The position numbers were made by a program, and so were the translations under genes. Source: Chlorokybus atmophyticus (taxonomy: Eukaryota > Plantae > Mesostigma and Chlorokybus algae). From it: DNA of 64,000 bases. Location: NCBI GenBank assembly GCA_009103225.1, contig RHPI01003244.1, forward strand, positions 124,001 through 188,000, given 5' to 3'. Below are positions 9,765 through 23,676 of this stretch, in pieces; position 1 is the first letter of the stretch, and every line of letters begins with the position of its first letter. The notes beneath the pieces were generated by a model. It saw only the letters and a program-made list of their open reading frames with translations, had not been told where the DNA came from and did not search any database.

Positions 9765-12700
9765 ATGCTGAGCAGCGGGGGCAGCGGCAGCAGCGCCGCT
9801 CTGGTGGTCACTGCTGCTGCCGGAACTGCTGGCGCCTGCGGGCTGCTGCCGGGTGCTGGTAGTGGGCGGCGGCGGAAGCCAAGCTGTCGAGCACGCCGGC
9901 GCCTGACGTCGCAAGGTGGAGGAAGGGGCAATGGCGGCGTGAGCGTGGCAGGTATGTCAAGCTCCGAGAGAGGTGCAGCTTGCTGTGCTATGTCGGCCGG
10001 TTTGGCAGAAATGAACAGTTCAGCTGCATGCGTATTGCCGCAATTGCCCGTCTAGCGACTTGACAGGCGCTCATACGCAATTCATCTTAATCACATTGAG
10101 GAGTGTGTGATCAGCCTTTTGGGGAGGGAGGAAGGAAGAGAAGCACGATGTGGTGGAAGGGAGCGGAAGCACTGACGCTCCGACAAGCAGGACGGCACAG
10201 TCACATGCCACCAAGGGCCCGTTAACATGTAAGCATTTCGTTGCTGAACAGATGTTGCAAATGAACTCCGAGTTTGCAACCATGTGTACTGTAGTTGAAC
10301 CGTAGCTTGTTAGATTAGTAGTGTTGACTCCATACTAGGAAGTCTACTCTGAAACAGGCGCCAATGAGTTGTTGCTGCTCAGGGATTCCATTTTTGAACG
10401 GTAAAGCTGAGAAGTCTGCTGAAGATTCGAGTAAAAGCAAGCCTGCCAAAGGTCAGCACATCGCATGCCTCTGACAACATTGCTTCTGACTTAATGGTTA
10501 TGAACAAAGCATCTCATAACATCATGAATTGGGCAGGCAATGTGGGCCTACAATCTCCACAATCCAATGCACACTTAGCAGGACCAGGCGAGACTAGCAA
10601 GACACAAGAACAGGACAAGTCCTTTTGGCCTCGTACGTTGAGACCGTGTTGAGTTGTTAGCATGGGGGCCGTCGTGCCGTTTTGTTAGTTCTTGCAGAAA
10701 TGCACATTTTGTCGTTGCTATGACCTGTGCAGTTGTAGTTAATACTGGTTGCTCATAGGCTGTGTGGCACAGATTGGTTTCACCCTGAGACAGGCAAACC
10801 ATCAGCCCCGCCAGCACCATCCTCGCAGAGTGAGTGTTGTTGGGCTGTGCAAGGAGTTGCACACGTCGCTGATCTGACTCCTCAAGCTACCGTGCAGATG
10901 TTGATGTAACGCATGAGGCCAGTTCGCAACAAAGGGATGGCCTGCTCACAGGTAAAGCAAAGGAAGGAACAGGTGTCAATGCCGCACAGGTGTGCGCGGA
11001 GTCATTGTAACGCAAGCGCTGTGTTGCATTTCGCAGGGCTTCTTGACATACTAGACAGCAAGGGTGTTGCTGCCGCAGATGACCCCACAACAGCTCTTAC
11101 ATCAGGTATTCAACGATGCAATGCTGTAAGCTACGTCATAGTTTCATCAGCACGATCTGACACCTGCCTTTGAGCCTTATGGTCGATTGTCTCCTACGAT
11201 GCAGATGATGAATGCCATACATCTAACTCGGAGGCACGTGTATCCCGTAAAGAAGGCCTGCTTACAGGTACTCTTCACACCACAAGCCAGCTATGACACA
11301 GCCTCGCTTGATCGTCCAACCTTCCTTCTTGTCTTGTGAAGGGCTTCTCCAGATACTTGATCGCAAGCCTTCAGCTACTGCGAATGACAGGGACGCGTCA
11401 TTAGGTGTGTCCCGCAAGTAAAAAACTTCCTCGCTGATGTACTGATGTTGTTCACCAAGCACTAGGACGTTGTGTGCAGTTTGTAAGCAATGGCATATGC
11501 TGCTTGTCGTGCAGATGTCGACGATGATTTATCAGATAAAGTGGATTCAGACGAGGCATCATTGGATCGCGATGGCCTGCTGTCCGGTATGGCAACACCA
11601 AACATCAAGCTGTTGTTGGAGTTGTGCAGCGCTTCAGACACTGAGATTTGCGCTGGTTGTATGCAGGGCTTTTGCACCTGTTTGAAAAGACGGACGTCGA
11701 AGGGGCAGACACAACCGTCACAGTGTCGTCCACCGTCTCGGGTGAGTGGGGCCGGTCACAAGGACACTGCTTAGTTTCAAAGGTTGCCTGCAGTTGGTAA
11801 TGGCCCCATTGCTTGAGGCTGCATGTTCAGTTGCTGCGTGCGTGTGTGCGTGTTTGCGTGCGTTTGCATGTGTCTACGAAGTATAAAGTTGGTGACATAC
11901 GCATGTGCTTGCAGCGGCAGCGCCGGATGTTGTGGTTACCGAATGCGTAATTCAGCAACCGGACGCTGCCGCAGTAAAAGTTGGATTTATAACAGGTGCC
12001 TTGTACGCAATGTATAGAGCATTTGTTTTCTGCCTGCAGGGGCTAACATGACAGTCACATGTCAGGTCTGTTGAATGGCATACGAGATGGAGGGCAGGTG
12101 GCTGCTGACATCGCTGCAAGCGCTGCGGATGTGGAGGAGCTACCAGTGTCAACAACTGACAACCAAACCGCTGTTGAAAAAGGTAGGCGTTAAGTATGTG
12201 CAGCGTCACTTGAACTGGATACGCTCTGCATCTCCACATGACAGCAAGATGTCATGCAGGCCTTTGGTTATTGCTACCCAGTGACAAACCACGTGATGAG
12301 TCAACTGGCAGGGATGGTGTTAAACAAGTTGACACAGCAAAGGCTGGGTTCATATCAGGTGCCACTCAGACCTTCTGAAGTCATTAGCATGGCTAGGGGC
12401 CATCTGACAACGCCTCTAATTTACAGGTCTACTAAATGGCAACCGCAACAGCCAGATCATTCAGGATGAGGTTATGAACACAGATGATGGTCACAGCTCC
12501 TCGGAGCCTATTGATAAAGACGAAGAAACAAGTAGTGGTATGGTGATGTCGCACAATGCATGAGGCGGTTTCAATGTACCATACTTCATGGAATTGTTCG
12601 ATAGTCTGTGGTGCGCCCTCTGCCTGCTGGTGCGGCTGTAGTTACCATACCAGTGTGCAGGCCGCTGGTTTTTCCTGCCGGTCGCCAAACAAGCAGCAGA

Positions 12701-15510
12701 AGAGGGTGCGCATGAGTCGACAACCAACAACATTAGTGAGGTTGTGACAGATCTACCAAGACGGTCACCTTCCCCAGGTGATGATATGACACATATCAAG
12801 CCCGGTTTGGCCGTTCCTCGTAGTCAGAGCAAAGGCGTTGACATATTGCCACTCACTGGCGGCTGTGCAGTGTTGTGGTTTCTTGGCAATCGGGACAAGC
12901 AGCAGGAGTGTGATCAAGAGGTTGATGAGGTCACTGAAGCTGACTTGGAGGTTGAACGCCTGACTAAGCGCGCACTGCAAGAGAGTGACGACGACGGTCA
13001 GAGTGCTGAGCCTTCCACACGTTCACACTCACCTGGTAAGTCCTTGGCACTTGCACTGCTAGCCCATGAAGTCATGCGCTTCCGTGAAGTACACTTCCTT
13101 CACCTTGCATTGATGTATCTGAAACTGTGTGCCGGTATTTCTGTTGCATGTTATGACATGTCTTGAACCAGGCTGGTTGTTGTCTGCGTTGTCGCCGCTA
13201 CCACTATTTGAGGCGAAGAGCAGAGTTTCACCTACAGTAGAGATGGAGTTTGCGAGTGTTCTGAACAAGGAAGATGCAGCAGAAGGGACGACAGAAGAGT
13301 CTGGCGGTTTGCCATGGCGTAAGCATCGTCTTGTGTGCATCAGCTGCAACTTTGTTGCACATGGTGCAGGCACCAATTAGCTGTGCTTTTTGGCAGCTGC
13401 GCTGTTGACCATGACTTGGGGTATTCATGCGGAGACTGTGACGGCGTTGAAAGCGGTTGCAGGCAGCATGCAAAAAAGCATAGCAGGTATGGACCCTTGG
13501 GGTCTTGCCGAGCTGACGTTTGGGCTGAACGCGCTGGCCAGGCTACATGCACAGGAGCGGTGAGTGTTCAGTGCCTAAGTTAATCATTAGCTTTGCATGT
13601 AGTATTGGTCGTGATTGTTAACATTGCGTTGGTGCTTGCAGGTGTGATGCCGCCCTGGAACTGCATGCACGACTGCATGAGGACACCCTGCGTATGATGC
13701 TTCGAGACCTTGAGCTTGTTGATGCGGCGTATTACAGTGCTGATCAGCCGGACCCTGCTGCAGCGCTTGCTCAGGACTTGGCAAGGCGTGGCGCTCTTTC
13801 CCACGGACGAGTCTTGAAGTTCCATACACAGGTACAGCCGCGATTGTTACTCCCACCATGCACTGTGCTTGTATGTCGTAATAACAAGTACATGGCGGTT
13901 GGCAATCAACTCACACGCAGGCTGATTTGCTACGACCAGCATACTACGTTGCCATTGACGATCAGAGACGCAATATAGTCCTGTGCGTCAGGGGAACATC
14001 CTCTGTACAAGACTTGTTAACGGACCTTGCGTCATCAGCCGAAGAGGTACTGCACCTTTGTTCATACGTTTGCAAGTTGCAGGATGTCGTTTTCACCTGA
14101 CGAGTTTCTTTTACAGGTCAGGAAAAACCAAAATGGAGATGGTGCAGAGTGTGAGTACGCTCATCTGGGAATGATGGAGGCGGCTCGTTGGTTGCTGCGG
14201 CAAGAAGCTCAGACACTGATAGACCTAATGAAAGAGAACCCAAGGTGCGGGCTGTTGCGCTTCACTTGTGTGTTGCGTCAACTTGACTTAACACTGATAC
14301 AGCTTTCTGTGTATGCAGGTATTCCTTGCGTATCATTGGCCATTCGCTTGGGGCAGGGGCGGGCGCCCTTGCAGCCATGCTGCTGCGGGAGTCAGAGGTG
14401 GTGCAGGCAGCTGGCATCAACACCAAGAAGATCACATGCATTGCGTTTGCTCCCCCTGCCTGCGTTTCCCGCAATCTCGCCAGCAAGCTATCGCGCTATG
14501 TGACCTCTGTTGTAAATCAGTATGACATCATCCCAAGAGTTTCCATCCATACATTGGAAAGGCTTCGCAATGAGATTCTGCTCGCCGACTGGTGAGTTTT
14601 GGCGCAGGCTAATGGTGCAGATGATGGTGAACATGTGCAAACGATGCGGTTTTCAACAGGGGTGAGGCCCTGCAGTCTGAAGGCCAAGGCAGCCGGATGC
14701 TTCAAATACCTGAACTCGTCCGTGCCACTGTGCAGAAGCTCAACCCGTCATGGAAGCAAGTAGGATTGCGTGTTTGACAACACGCTTGCCTGCATGCGAT
14801 TTACTTCGCGGCTAGGGCACCATGGTTGTCTGCGGCAGCTCGTCCCATGCGCAGTGCTTACCTTTGCTGTTCGGCGCAGGTCAGTGAATGGGTAGACAGC
14901 GAGGCTGGTCGCAGCCAGGTTGCGGCTGCAGTGAAGAACAACATCACATCAAGCGATGCAGGCGGGCCAGGCCAAGTGTTGGCAGAGCGTTTTACACAAC
15001 TCGTATCTTCTTGGGGCATACAGGTGAGCAACTTGCCGTTGCGGCATGCGTCACAATAGTTGTCACAGATGCAGCTCGTTGCATTGTGCAAGCTCTCAGC
15101 ATGTTGACATACGCTTTGCAGATGGGTCAAGACAGTGAGAACGCAGAAGAGACCTGTTCTCAAGAAGACCATGTCTCCGAAGACTGGACAACAGCGAAAC
15201 AAGGGACGGAGCGGCAACTGTATCCACCTGGGAAGTTGCACCATGTCTTCTGGCGTCAAGGTACGCAGTGGGCTTACAAGTACAGGTGCAATGAGTGTGG
15301 TTTCCTAAAACAGAAAACCTCACATCGCCATGTGCAGGAGACAACCATTTGGATGATGGCCGCGCAGTCGATGGAGGGTTTGAGGCATGGCAGGGCAAAC
15401 CAGGATCCCAATTTGAGCGTATCGTACTCTCTCGAACAATGTTTGCGGATCACTTCACGGAGGGATATCGAGCAGCTATGCAGAACGTCCTGTTGAGCTT
15501 CTACCGTTGA
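9765..15510 (+). CDS. Multi-exon class-3 lipase (Lipase_3, DAG-lipase-like) with a long low-complexity N-terminal region; 5' gene model uncertain
   Basis: Spliced exons give IVLCVRGTSSVQDLLTDL (about 13970-14048), YAHLGMMEAARWL (14118-), RIIGHSLGAGAG and CIAFAPP and NQYDIIPR (14320-14592), LYPPGKLHH, and FERIVLSRTMFADH ending at TGA 15510. The start at ATG 9765 is a guess. Confidence 0.85.
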
Positions 15511-16183
15511 ACAAGCATTGCAGTCACGTCATAACTTGTAAGTCACTGTACAGTCATTCATTATTGCTGGTACTAGTTCGCTTATTCTTTCTGCTCAGTA
15601 GTGCTGTTTATAGGTAGAGCATTGTGCAATACAGTTGCTAAATTGTGTCGCAATGTATATCATGTGTGCATTGGGCTGTCATGATGGGTGCCCATGCAGA
15701 TGTGCGTGTTTTTGAGTGGAGCATTGTGCAATTGAGTTGCTGGAGTGTTTTACAATCCATATACCAAGTGTGCATTGGGTTCCGATTCAAGAATGCGCAT
15801 GTAGATGTCCTTTGTGTGTGTCTACGCCTATAACCTCTGTCAATGTTTTGCTACAACTGCATAATATTGCACAGGCTGGCCCAGCTCTGATGGCGAGCGT
15901 GTGATCTGCTCGGTATAGGCTACTAACCAAGCGGTAGGCATTTAAACAGCGTTGGTTCTACCCAAACGCACTTCCGCGTGTTGTGGGTGCAAGACGAAGC
16001 ATGTGATGCAAACCACAAGTAATGTAACGCATAGATATGTACAGACAATGCGCCACACATATGCACATGCACGACACATGCAATGTATTGGGTAGGCAGC
16101 TCCATTGTACATCTGAGACTGCAAGTGGATGAATTGGCGAGTGTTGTTAGCGTGCAGAAGGTACTCGTGCACGTCAAGATGTG

Positions 16184-16443
16184 GTTATTGATCAATCAAT
16201 GCGCGCCTTATAAGGCTCGAGTGTGTGGGTTGATGCCAGCAATGCAAGCGTGCGTGCGTGTGCGCATGAGTTAACTAGGAGGAACATTCGACAAGCTATG
16301 CTACGTACGTCATGCGCTTCAAGATGTGGTGTGTTATTAATAAATCAATCAGTGCACGCCTTATAGGGCTCAAGTGTGTGTTGATGCCAGCAATGCGAGC
16401 GTCCGTGCGTGTGCGCATGAGTAAACTAGGAGGAGCATTTGAA
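16184..16443. repeat. Imperfect tandem duplication, period about 150 bp
   Basis: gttgatgccagcaatgc..gcgtgtgcgcatgagt.aactaggagga occurs at about 16230-16285 and about 16380-16436, with similar upstream flanks. Confidence 0.8.
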
Positions 16444-16643
16444 ATGATATACTACATACCGGTTAAGTTTTGTAATGGTGGTAGAGGTTGGTCAGACCTT
16501 TTAGGCGACAAATGTAACTGTATATTATAAGGCCTCAACCTGTATTCCTTCTATACCTTTTTTACGTGTAAATAAAGGTATGCCGATAGTGGGCAAAGAG
16601 ATAATGAGCTAAGTGGAAACGGAGGAGGGGCGCCAGGGCGGGT

Positions 16644-16845
<202 letters not shown>

Positions 16846-19352
16846 TGTGCGCACGTGGGTGAGTTGAAAAAGCACTTGGTAACTGTGCTTATTTATATGA
16901 TCGCGGTTATCATATAATAATGACAAAAAGATAAGGTGGCTAGCAAGCTAATTACTATAAGAGAATCAAGCTTGCTAAGTGCTAGTGAGACGATGTTTAC
17001 AAGTTGAAAATACATGCTTCACAACAAATGATGAGGCGTATAATATGTATACATTTTGAATGCAAATGAATAACTAGGTCTAGACACACACACACATTCA
17101 CACACATATATATGCATATACATACATACTTTTTACGCGATTGCTAGTTGGTACAATAGAATGTGCTGTTGATCTGAAGCTTGTGCAAGAATGGTGGTCT
17201 TGTAAGTGTTGCACATGAAGCAGACGAATGCATTGTTTTGCAATGCTATACCCATGAAGACAGCAATCTTGCAATCATAACTTTTGAATTGTTGTGTACA
17301 TTATTAAGCGCTTTGCACACACGACACGTGACTCGTACATACAATTTATTCAACAACGGAAAATTTTGCTTAACGGCATAATGGATGTAAGCATTAGTGT
17401 GGTTCATCTTTACTTGGTGCTTGTACAATAACTCAGTTTTATAAGTTTATAATGAATTCAGTTATGTCGCATACGTTGTACATCAATGTTGCACAATGCT
17501 GCATATGTGTTCTCAAGTATTGCATATGCTTTAATTTATATATACCGCAATCAAAAAAGCTGTTTTTCGACATGCTAACGTTGCGCTTATATATAGTAAC
17601 CTACAAATATGCGTAACAGTGGTACAGTACACAACTGTGGATTGGGGCAAATTGGTCAAGGCAGCAAGCACACGACACAGTCAAGCTTGATAACATAGCA
17701 CAAGCAAGGGCAAGACAACGGGGTGGGGGCCCCGCTAAGCTATAGCTAAGTGCACTAGCTAGAGACTGGGGGAGGGGTGGGGGCAAGGGGCAAGGTTAGC
17801 GGCAAGCATCACAGAAAGCACCTGCAAAGCACCGCGGAGGGAAAAGTTAACCAGCCGCCGCCGCCACCCACGACGACTAAGAATGTGCGATTGCTAATGC
17901 CCCCGACTGACCCCTGCGCGTCACTTACTCACCACGGATGTTTCGGACGGCTTGTGAATCGGCAATAAAGTGCACAGTAGGGCATTCACGTAATGTACAA
18001 GCAGATAGCAATAAGATGAGATAGCAATGAGATAGCGCGGAGCCTATCGGAGGGTATGACATGGAAATGCATTAAGGTGTGCATGGACAAGACATGTATG
18101 CGGGCAGAGAATCTGCTCCCCACATACACTTACCCATGACTTATGAAATTTAGCTAATGTCATTGTCGCGTGCTGCTTGTTGGGTTGTTCGCTTACATCA
18201 TTCCCTCTGATTCGTGCTCCACTGCTGCTTTCTCCAACCTGCACTATAATGTGATACAATTGTTTGTAATCCGTGTCGTATGCCATGCCTGGCATACTCC
18301 ACGGCTTCCCACGCAATCTTCGCAACAGTTACTTTTGAGTATGGCCATCCCGGATAATGTACCTCAACAACGACACCATCTCCGTGAGGAAATGGGCGCG
18401 GTATGTGCAAATGCGTAACAAGCGAATGCACTGTGAATGGTACGCCACGTATCATTATGCATATGTAGTATGCATTTGTGAGGTCACGTGTGAATACATT
18501 TGATCGTATCACCTAATTTTGTTCCAGAATAGTGCATGTATAAGTTTTCACATCAGCAACGGTGTGTGTGGCAACGCATTCATACATGAACAATACACTT
18601 ACCTGCCTGCTCCATTTGAAGGACCTGTAAAAGGAAGAGGGAATTGGTAGGCTAGCGCGTTGAACCAATCATCTTCGTCCTACTGCATTTTGTCTCGCTG
18701 GTCGAGTGGCGGTATTGGCTGCTCTGGACCTGCCACGCAGAGGATCGTTTCGTCAGGCGGGGACAGTGCAGGGTCTGACAAGTGGGTCATCAACGTGTCA
18801 TGATTGATAAGATCCCGGACTCCAGACCACACACTTTTCCGATCATTCGCGTCGTCGCTGCCAGCTGGGCACAACCCGCCAAACGCCCTGCCGAAAATAG
18901 GTCACACCAGGATGCCAAAAGGCCTGTTGTCATGAAGAGCAGCGCTCACTCATGACTGAATCGACGGTCTCGAAGCTTCGGAACCTTACTTGCTGTTCGA
19001 AGTTGTGGTCAATCAGGGCCCAATGAATCAGTAAGTTGCGATGGTACCTCCGCATGCATGCATGCAGCAGAAACGGAATAGCGCGGCAAAACCAGTGTGA
19101 TAAAGCCATGCTCGGCAAATGCAGCACAGTAGCTCCATTGCCGGCCTGGTGCCTCCCGGCTTCTAGCGAGGCGGCAGACTCAGCTGTAGGCGGGTAGGCT
19201 TGGAAGCTCCACTGCGGCCAGGCCTGCCTCTACTGCTCTTGACGTCTTCCTGTTCAACAACCCAGCACCCACCACCAACAAGCAGCAGTCAGACAGCGAG
19301 CTACGGAGAGAGAGAGAGAAAGAGGGAGAGGAAGGGAGAGTAGAGAGTGAAG

Positions 19353-21156
19353 ATGGCGCCCAATCTGATGGTTCCTGAAGTGGCGATGCCTGCCATCATC
19401 AACAGCTCGACGTCTGTCACCTCGCCTCCACCTCCTGCTGCTTCTGCCGTCGGCAACAACGGGCGCCGTGCGTACGTGACGCTGCTGACGGGCGAGAACT
19501 ACCTGCCGGGAGTGCTGGCGCTGAGGCGCAGCCTGCAGCAGATGCGCAGCGCTTACCCTCTCATATGCATGGTCACGCCTGTGGTGTCGAGGGAGACCCG
19601 CCGCGCCATGGAGGAGGCGGATGTACAGGTAAGCTTGCAAACCTTAAGTGGTTGCTGTATACTGTGCACTGTCCGCTGCCAGCCCTTGCCTGTATGCTAG
19701 TGCGGTACACACGCAGGTGGATAAACCCCCCTATCTTGTCTCGGCAGGTGGTGGAAGTTCCGCCCTTCATCCCCATGTCCGAGGAGGACCTTGTACGACT
19801 GAACTACAAGGTGGCAAGTTTTCTTGATTGCTGGTACGTAGCCCTGAGGCCCGCTGCTGCAGCTGGTAGCAGTTTCGAACCAAGTTGACAGACACGCACG
19901 CTCTTTCAGCAGCACTGATTTTTACTTAGTAAGAGGATAACGGTTATCCTGTTAACAGGCTCAAGCTGCGGCTGTGGGAGATGGAAGAGTATGAGACGGT
20001 CGTGTACATGGATGCGGACATGATAGCTGTACAGAACATCGACTCACTCTTTGACGTCCCAATCCCAGAAGGTAAGGAGACACTATCATCCAAGCAACCG
20101 GAGCATTGATGACTGGTTGTTAGAACTGGCAGTAGGGTTAGCCGTTGTCAACTGTGTGCTGTTTGGCATGCCTATGTAACATTCATCACTTGTACTGCAG
20201 ATGGTGTGTTGGCCACACTGGATTGCTGGTGCGGGCGCAAGGTTGAGGCAGACCGCTGTCCTATGTTCTGCAGTGTGGCACCGGCGGCTACCAGCGGGCC
20301 CATCATGGACCCAACTGCCTATAGCAGGAAAAAGGGCAGCGCTCACATACATGGCGAGACCGTCAACAGCTACTTCAACGCCGGCCTGATGGTGCTCAAG
20401 CCCGATCGCGCCGTTTTTGATGTAAGCACTGCTGTGACACTACTGTGTTCACTGTATATGCAATGCGCGGTTGCTGCTGGCGGTTAAAGAGAATTGAGGC
20501 CCATCTTGTTGCCACTGTGCAGGCTATGGGGCGTTATCTGTCAAACGGGTACGACTTCACAAAGTACCAATTCGCCGAGCAGGTAAGGGGTTGTTGCCAC
20601 AACAGCAAGGGTACGCGCATTGTGTCGGCATGCCTCCCTCGTTACAGCACAGACAGGCTTGTTGTTTTGGTTGCATCACATGTGGGGTTTGGACGGATCA
20701 GCGTGGCCGGCCCCGCGGGCCACGCTGCTTTATTTTCATGCTGGCCTGCGTTATGCTAGTGTGCTTGCAGGCATTAGAACCCAGGCCCCCTTTGCCGGTG
20801 TGCACCGCCAACAATGGCAACAATCTGGATTGCCAATGTTGCACTCCTTAAGAAGGCCGGTAGTGGGCATGCTGCGTGACTGTGTGCATATTGCTATAGC
20901 CTGTGGTGATGCATAATACTACAACCTGAGGTGATCCTTGTGTACTAACCATGAACACGTGCTGGCAGGACTTCTTGAATGAATTTTATACGAACCGCTG
21001 GGCCGCGCTGCCTTACACGTGCAATGCAATGAAGCTGCTCCCGTATTTCCACAAGGACATGTGGTCGGCGGCCGAGCTCAAAGTTATCCACTACGCTGGC
21101 TTCAAGCCCTGGAAGCTGCCTCAGGAAAGTCACTCAATCCCACCCCCCACCCCCCT

Positions 21157-21189
<33 letters not shown>

Positions 21190-21555
21190 GCTCTCGCGCT
21201 CTCTCGCTCGCGCTCTCGCGCTCGCGCTCTCTCGCGCTCTCTCGCTCTCTCTCGCTCTCTCGCTCTCTCTCGCTCTCGCTCTCGCTCTGCGTGTGCGTGT
21301 GCGTGTGCGTGTGCGTGTGCGTGCATCATCACTATGGTAGTGACCGATGCAACATGATGACAGGTACTGGCACTGGACAAGCGCAATCCCTCACCTGCAG
21401 ACTACCACCTTGCCCTTTTGTCCGTCCTCACCAACGAGAAGAGCGCTGACAGCGCGATGAACGCCATCAAGCGTGCCGAGCTTGATGGCATCATCATCAA
21501 GCCGGTGCTGCAGTTGTACGTGCGCTGGTGGGCCACTATGGCTGGAGCGGCGTAA
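19353..21555 (+). CDS. GT8 glycosyltransferase, galactinol-synthase/glycogenin-like, about 7 exons
   Basis: RAYVTLLTGENYLPGVLAL, WLKLRLWEMEEYETVVYMDADM (DxD), LDCWC...YFNAGLMVLKP, FAEQDFLNEFY, IHYAGFKPW, and LQLYVRWW then TAA 21553-21555. The last intron boundaries are uncertain. Confidence 0.88.
21163..21322. repeat. Compound microsatellite (CT)n / (CTCGCT)n / (GCGTGT)n in the GT8 gene
   Basis: Read directly from the sequence. Confidence 0.9.
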
Positions 21556-23331
21556 CCGCACGTGTACACAAGGGCCAGCCCTAAGCATGACCATGCTTGT
21601 GGTTGTTTCCCCCTCTTTGCTGGCAAGTTCGTGCGCGCGCTTATTTGTTGTTTGCGCAACGCCTGCCTTACTGTACAGCCCAATGCAACTTGGAAGTCTG
21701 CTGCACCATGAGTTGAGTTGTCAATGTTTACGGCGACCCGAGCATGGTATTACCGGTTAGCTACCCACACGTTGTGTAGACAGTAGAAGTAGATAGCACT
21801 TGAACACTAGAGGAGGTGCCCCAGGTGCTAATACCTTGTTTATTACACGAGATGCAGTAGAGAAACTTGCAGTTCAACAATCTGGGTCAACACTTAGTGT
21901 GTATGTTGTGCCAGCACGGTAGTGCTGAATATTCAAGTGCATGTGTATATATGAATGTGCATCAGTGTGTGGGCATGTAGCCCCAGCCACGGTCCCCGTC
22001 TCCTGCAGGGTGCAGTGGGGGATGTTTGCAACAACAGGACCTTCGTGTCATGCATGTGCCAGTGGAACAGGTCGGCATCGTGCAGTAGTCAACACGTGGC
22101 GCCACGCATATCGTGCTGGTGAATGCATCAGTGCAGCTCCTACGCGTCTGACTGTATTAACACATTGCAAGCGATGTAGTCAACGGGGTAACCATACGTG
22201 ATCATTTGTACCACTAATCATCACTGGTACAAACATTCTTCAACATCCGACGTTGAAGAACGTGTTTATTACCACGAACATATGCGCCCACAGTACAGTA
22301 AGCACACAAGCATACGGCTATGCATGCGCTGCTTGCACGCGACTGTGAGGACATTCTGACACTGCTGCACTGACCAGCGCATAGCATGATGCAGCTGCCA
22401 GCGCAAGTAATAGCATATTGCATGGCTGCCGGTGCAGGCATTGAGCGGCACACGCGTGCACAAATACACACAATTGCTGAGTTGTGCGTGCATTCGCACG
22501 CACATCCAGTCAAAGTGTGCAAAGTATTTGCGGTGGTGTAGCACCAACCAAGATGGACTGTTCGTGGGGATGTTTGTGTCTGCGGGCATGTGCAAAACAT
22601 TTACATGCTCGCAAAGAGTGCACACACATGGGCGTGTACATGCATTGAGTGTTACTGTTGTCGTTCGTGTGTGTGCACAGACCGCATATGTGCAATATGA
22701 CTCATACCCTATGACTGCATGCATGCATGCGCCACATGCAGTCATATGTACGTATGGTGGCTGTGACCCATGCACGCTGTAGCTGAGTTCATAGGTTGAG
22801 TACCTCTGCAGGTGGCTATGACTAATTCATTGTGTTCACACATGTGACGTACTCAGCACATGCAGTTGCGTAAGTCTATGTGTGCTGGTCCACACTCACA
22901 TGCGCCGGCATGTGAACACGAGCGGGCAATCTCACAATACATGAACAAACAGCTGACCGTCACAGCTTTGACCCACTGATGACAAACTGCCACTGTGGCG
23001 TTTGGACAGGTGCATCAGTGATGCACCTGATGACCGTCCTAGTAAATTGACGCAAGCTCATTGTTTAACTGCTTGGCACTGCACTGTTGGCAACTGCGCG
23101 CATCTGGTATAACGCTGCTACCACTGCTCCACGCTGCAGCTCCCCAAGCTGATCTGCCATGCGCAGCCGGCACTGACGTGGATGACGTCGTTGATGATGG
23201 CGTCTGCGGGCTGACGACACAGTAGATGCGCAGGGCTGTGCGTGTGTGTGTGCTATTGTGTGACTACTAGTGAGTGTTTTGGTGGAGATGGTATGTTGTT
23301 AAGCATGGTGGCAGAGTTGACAACCAAACGG

Positions 23332-23676
<345 letters not shown>

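Noticed and set aside
18044-19130. Possible small minus-strand gene upstream of the GT8 gene
   Set aside because: The frames look partly coding, but I found no consistent splice model and no recognisable motif.
22970-23060. Two CTGATGA motifs with hairpins (possible hammerhead)
   Set aside because: GAAA is replaced by GACA or GCAA, the cleavage position would be G, and there is no stem I. The CAGGTGCATCA-G-TGATGCACCTG palindrome is real but unexplained.
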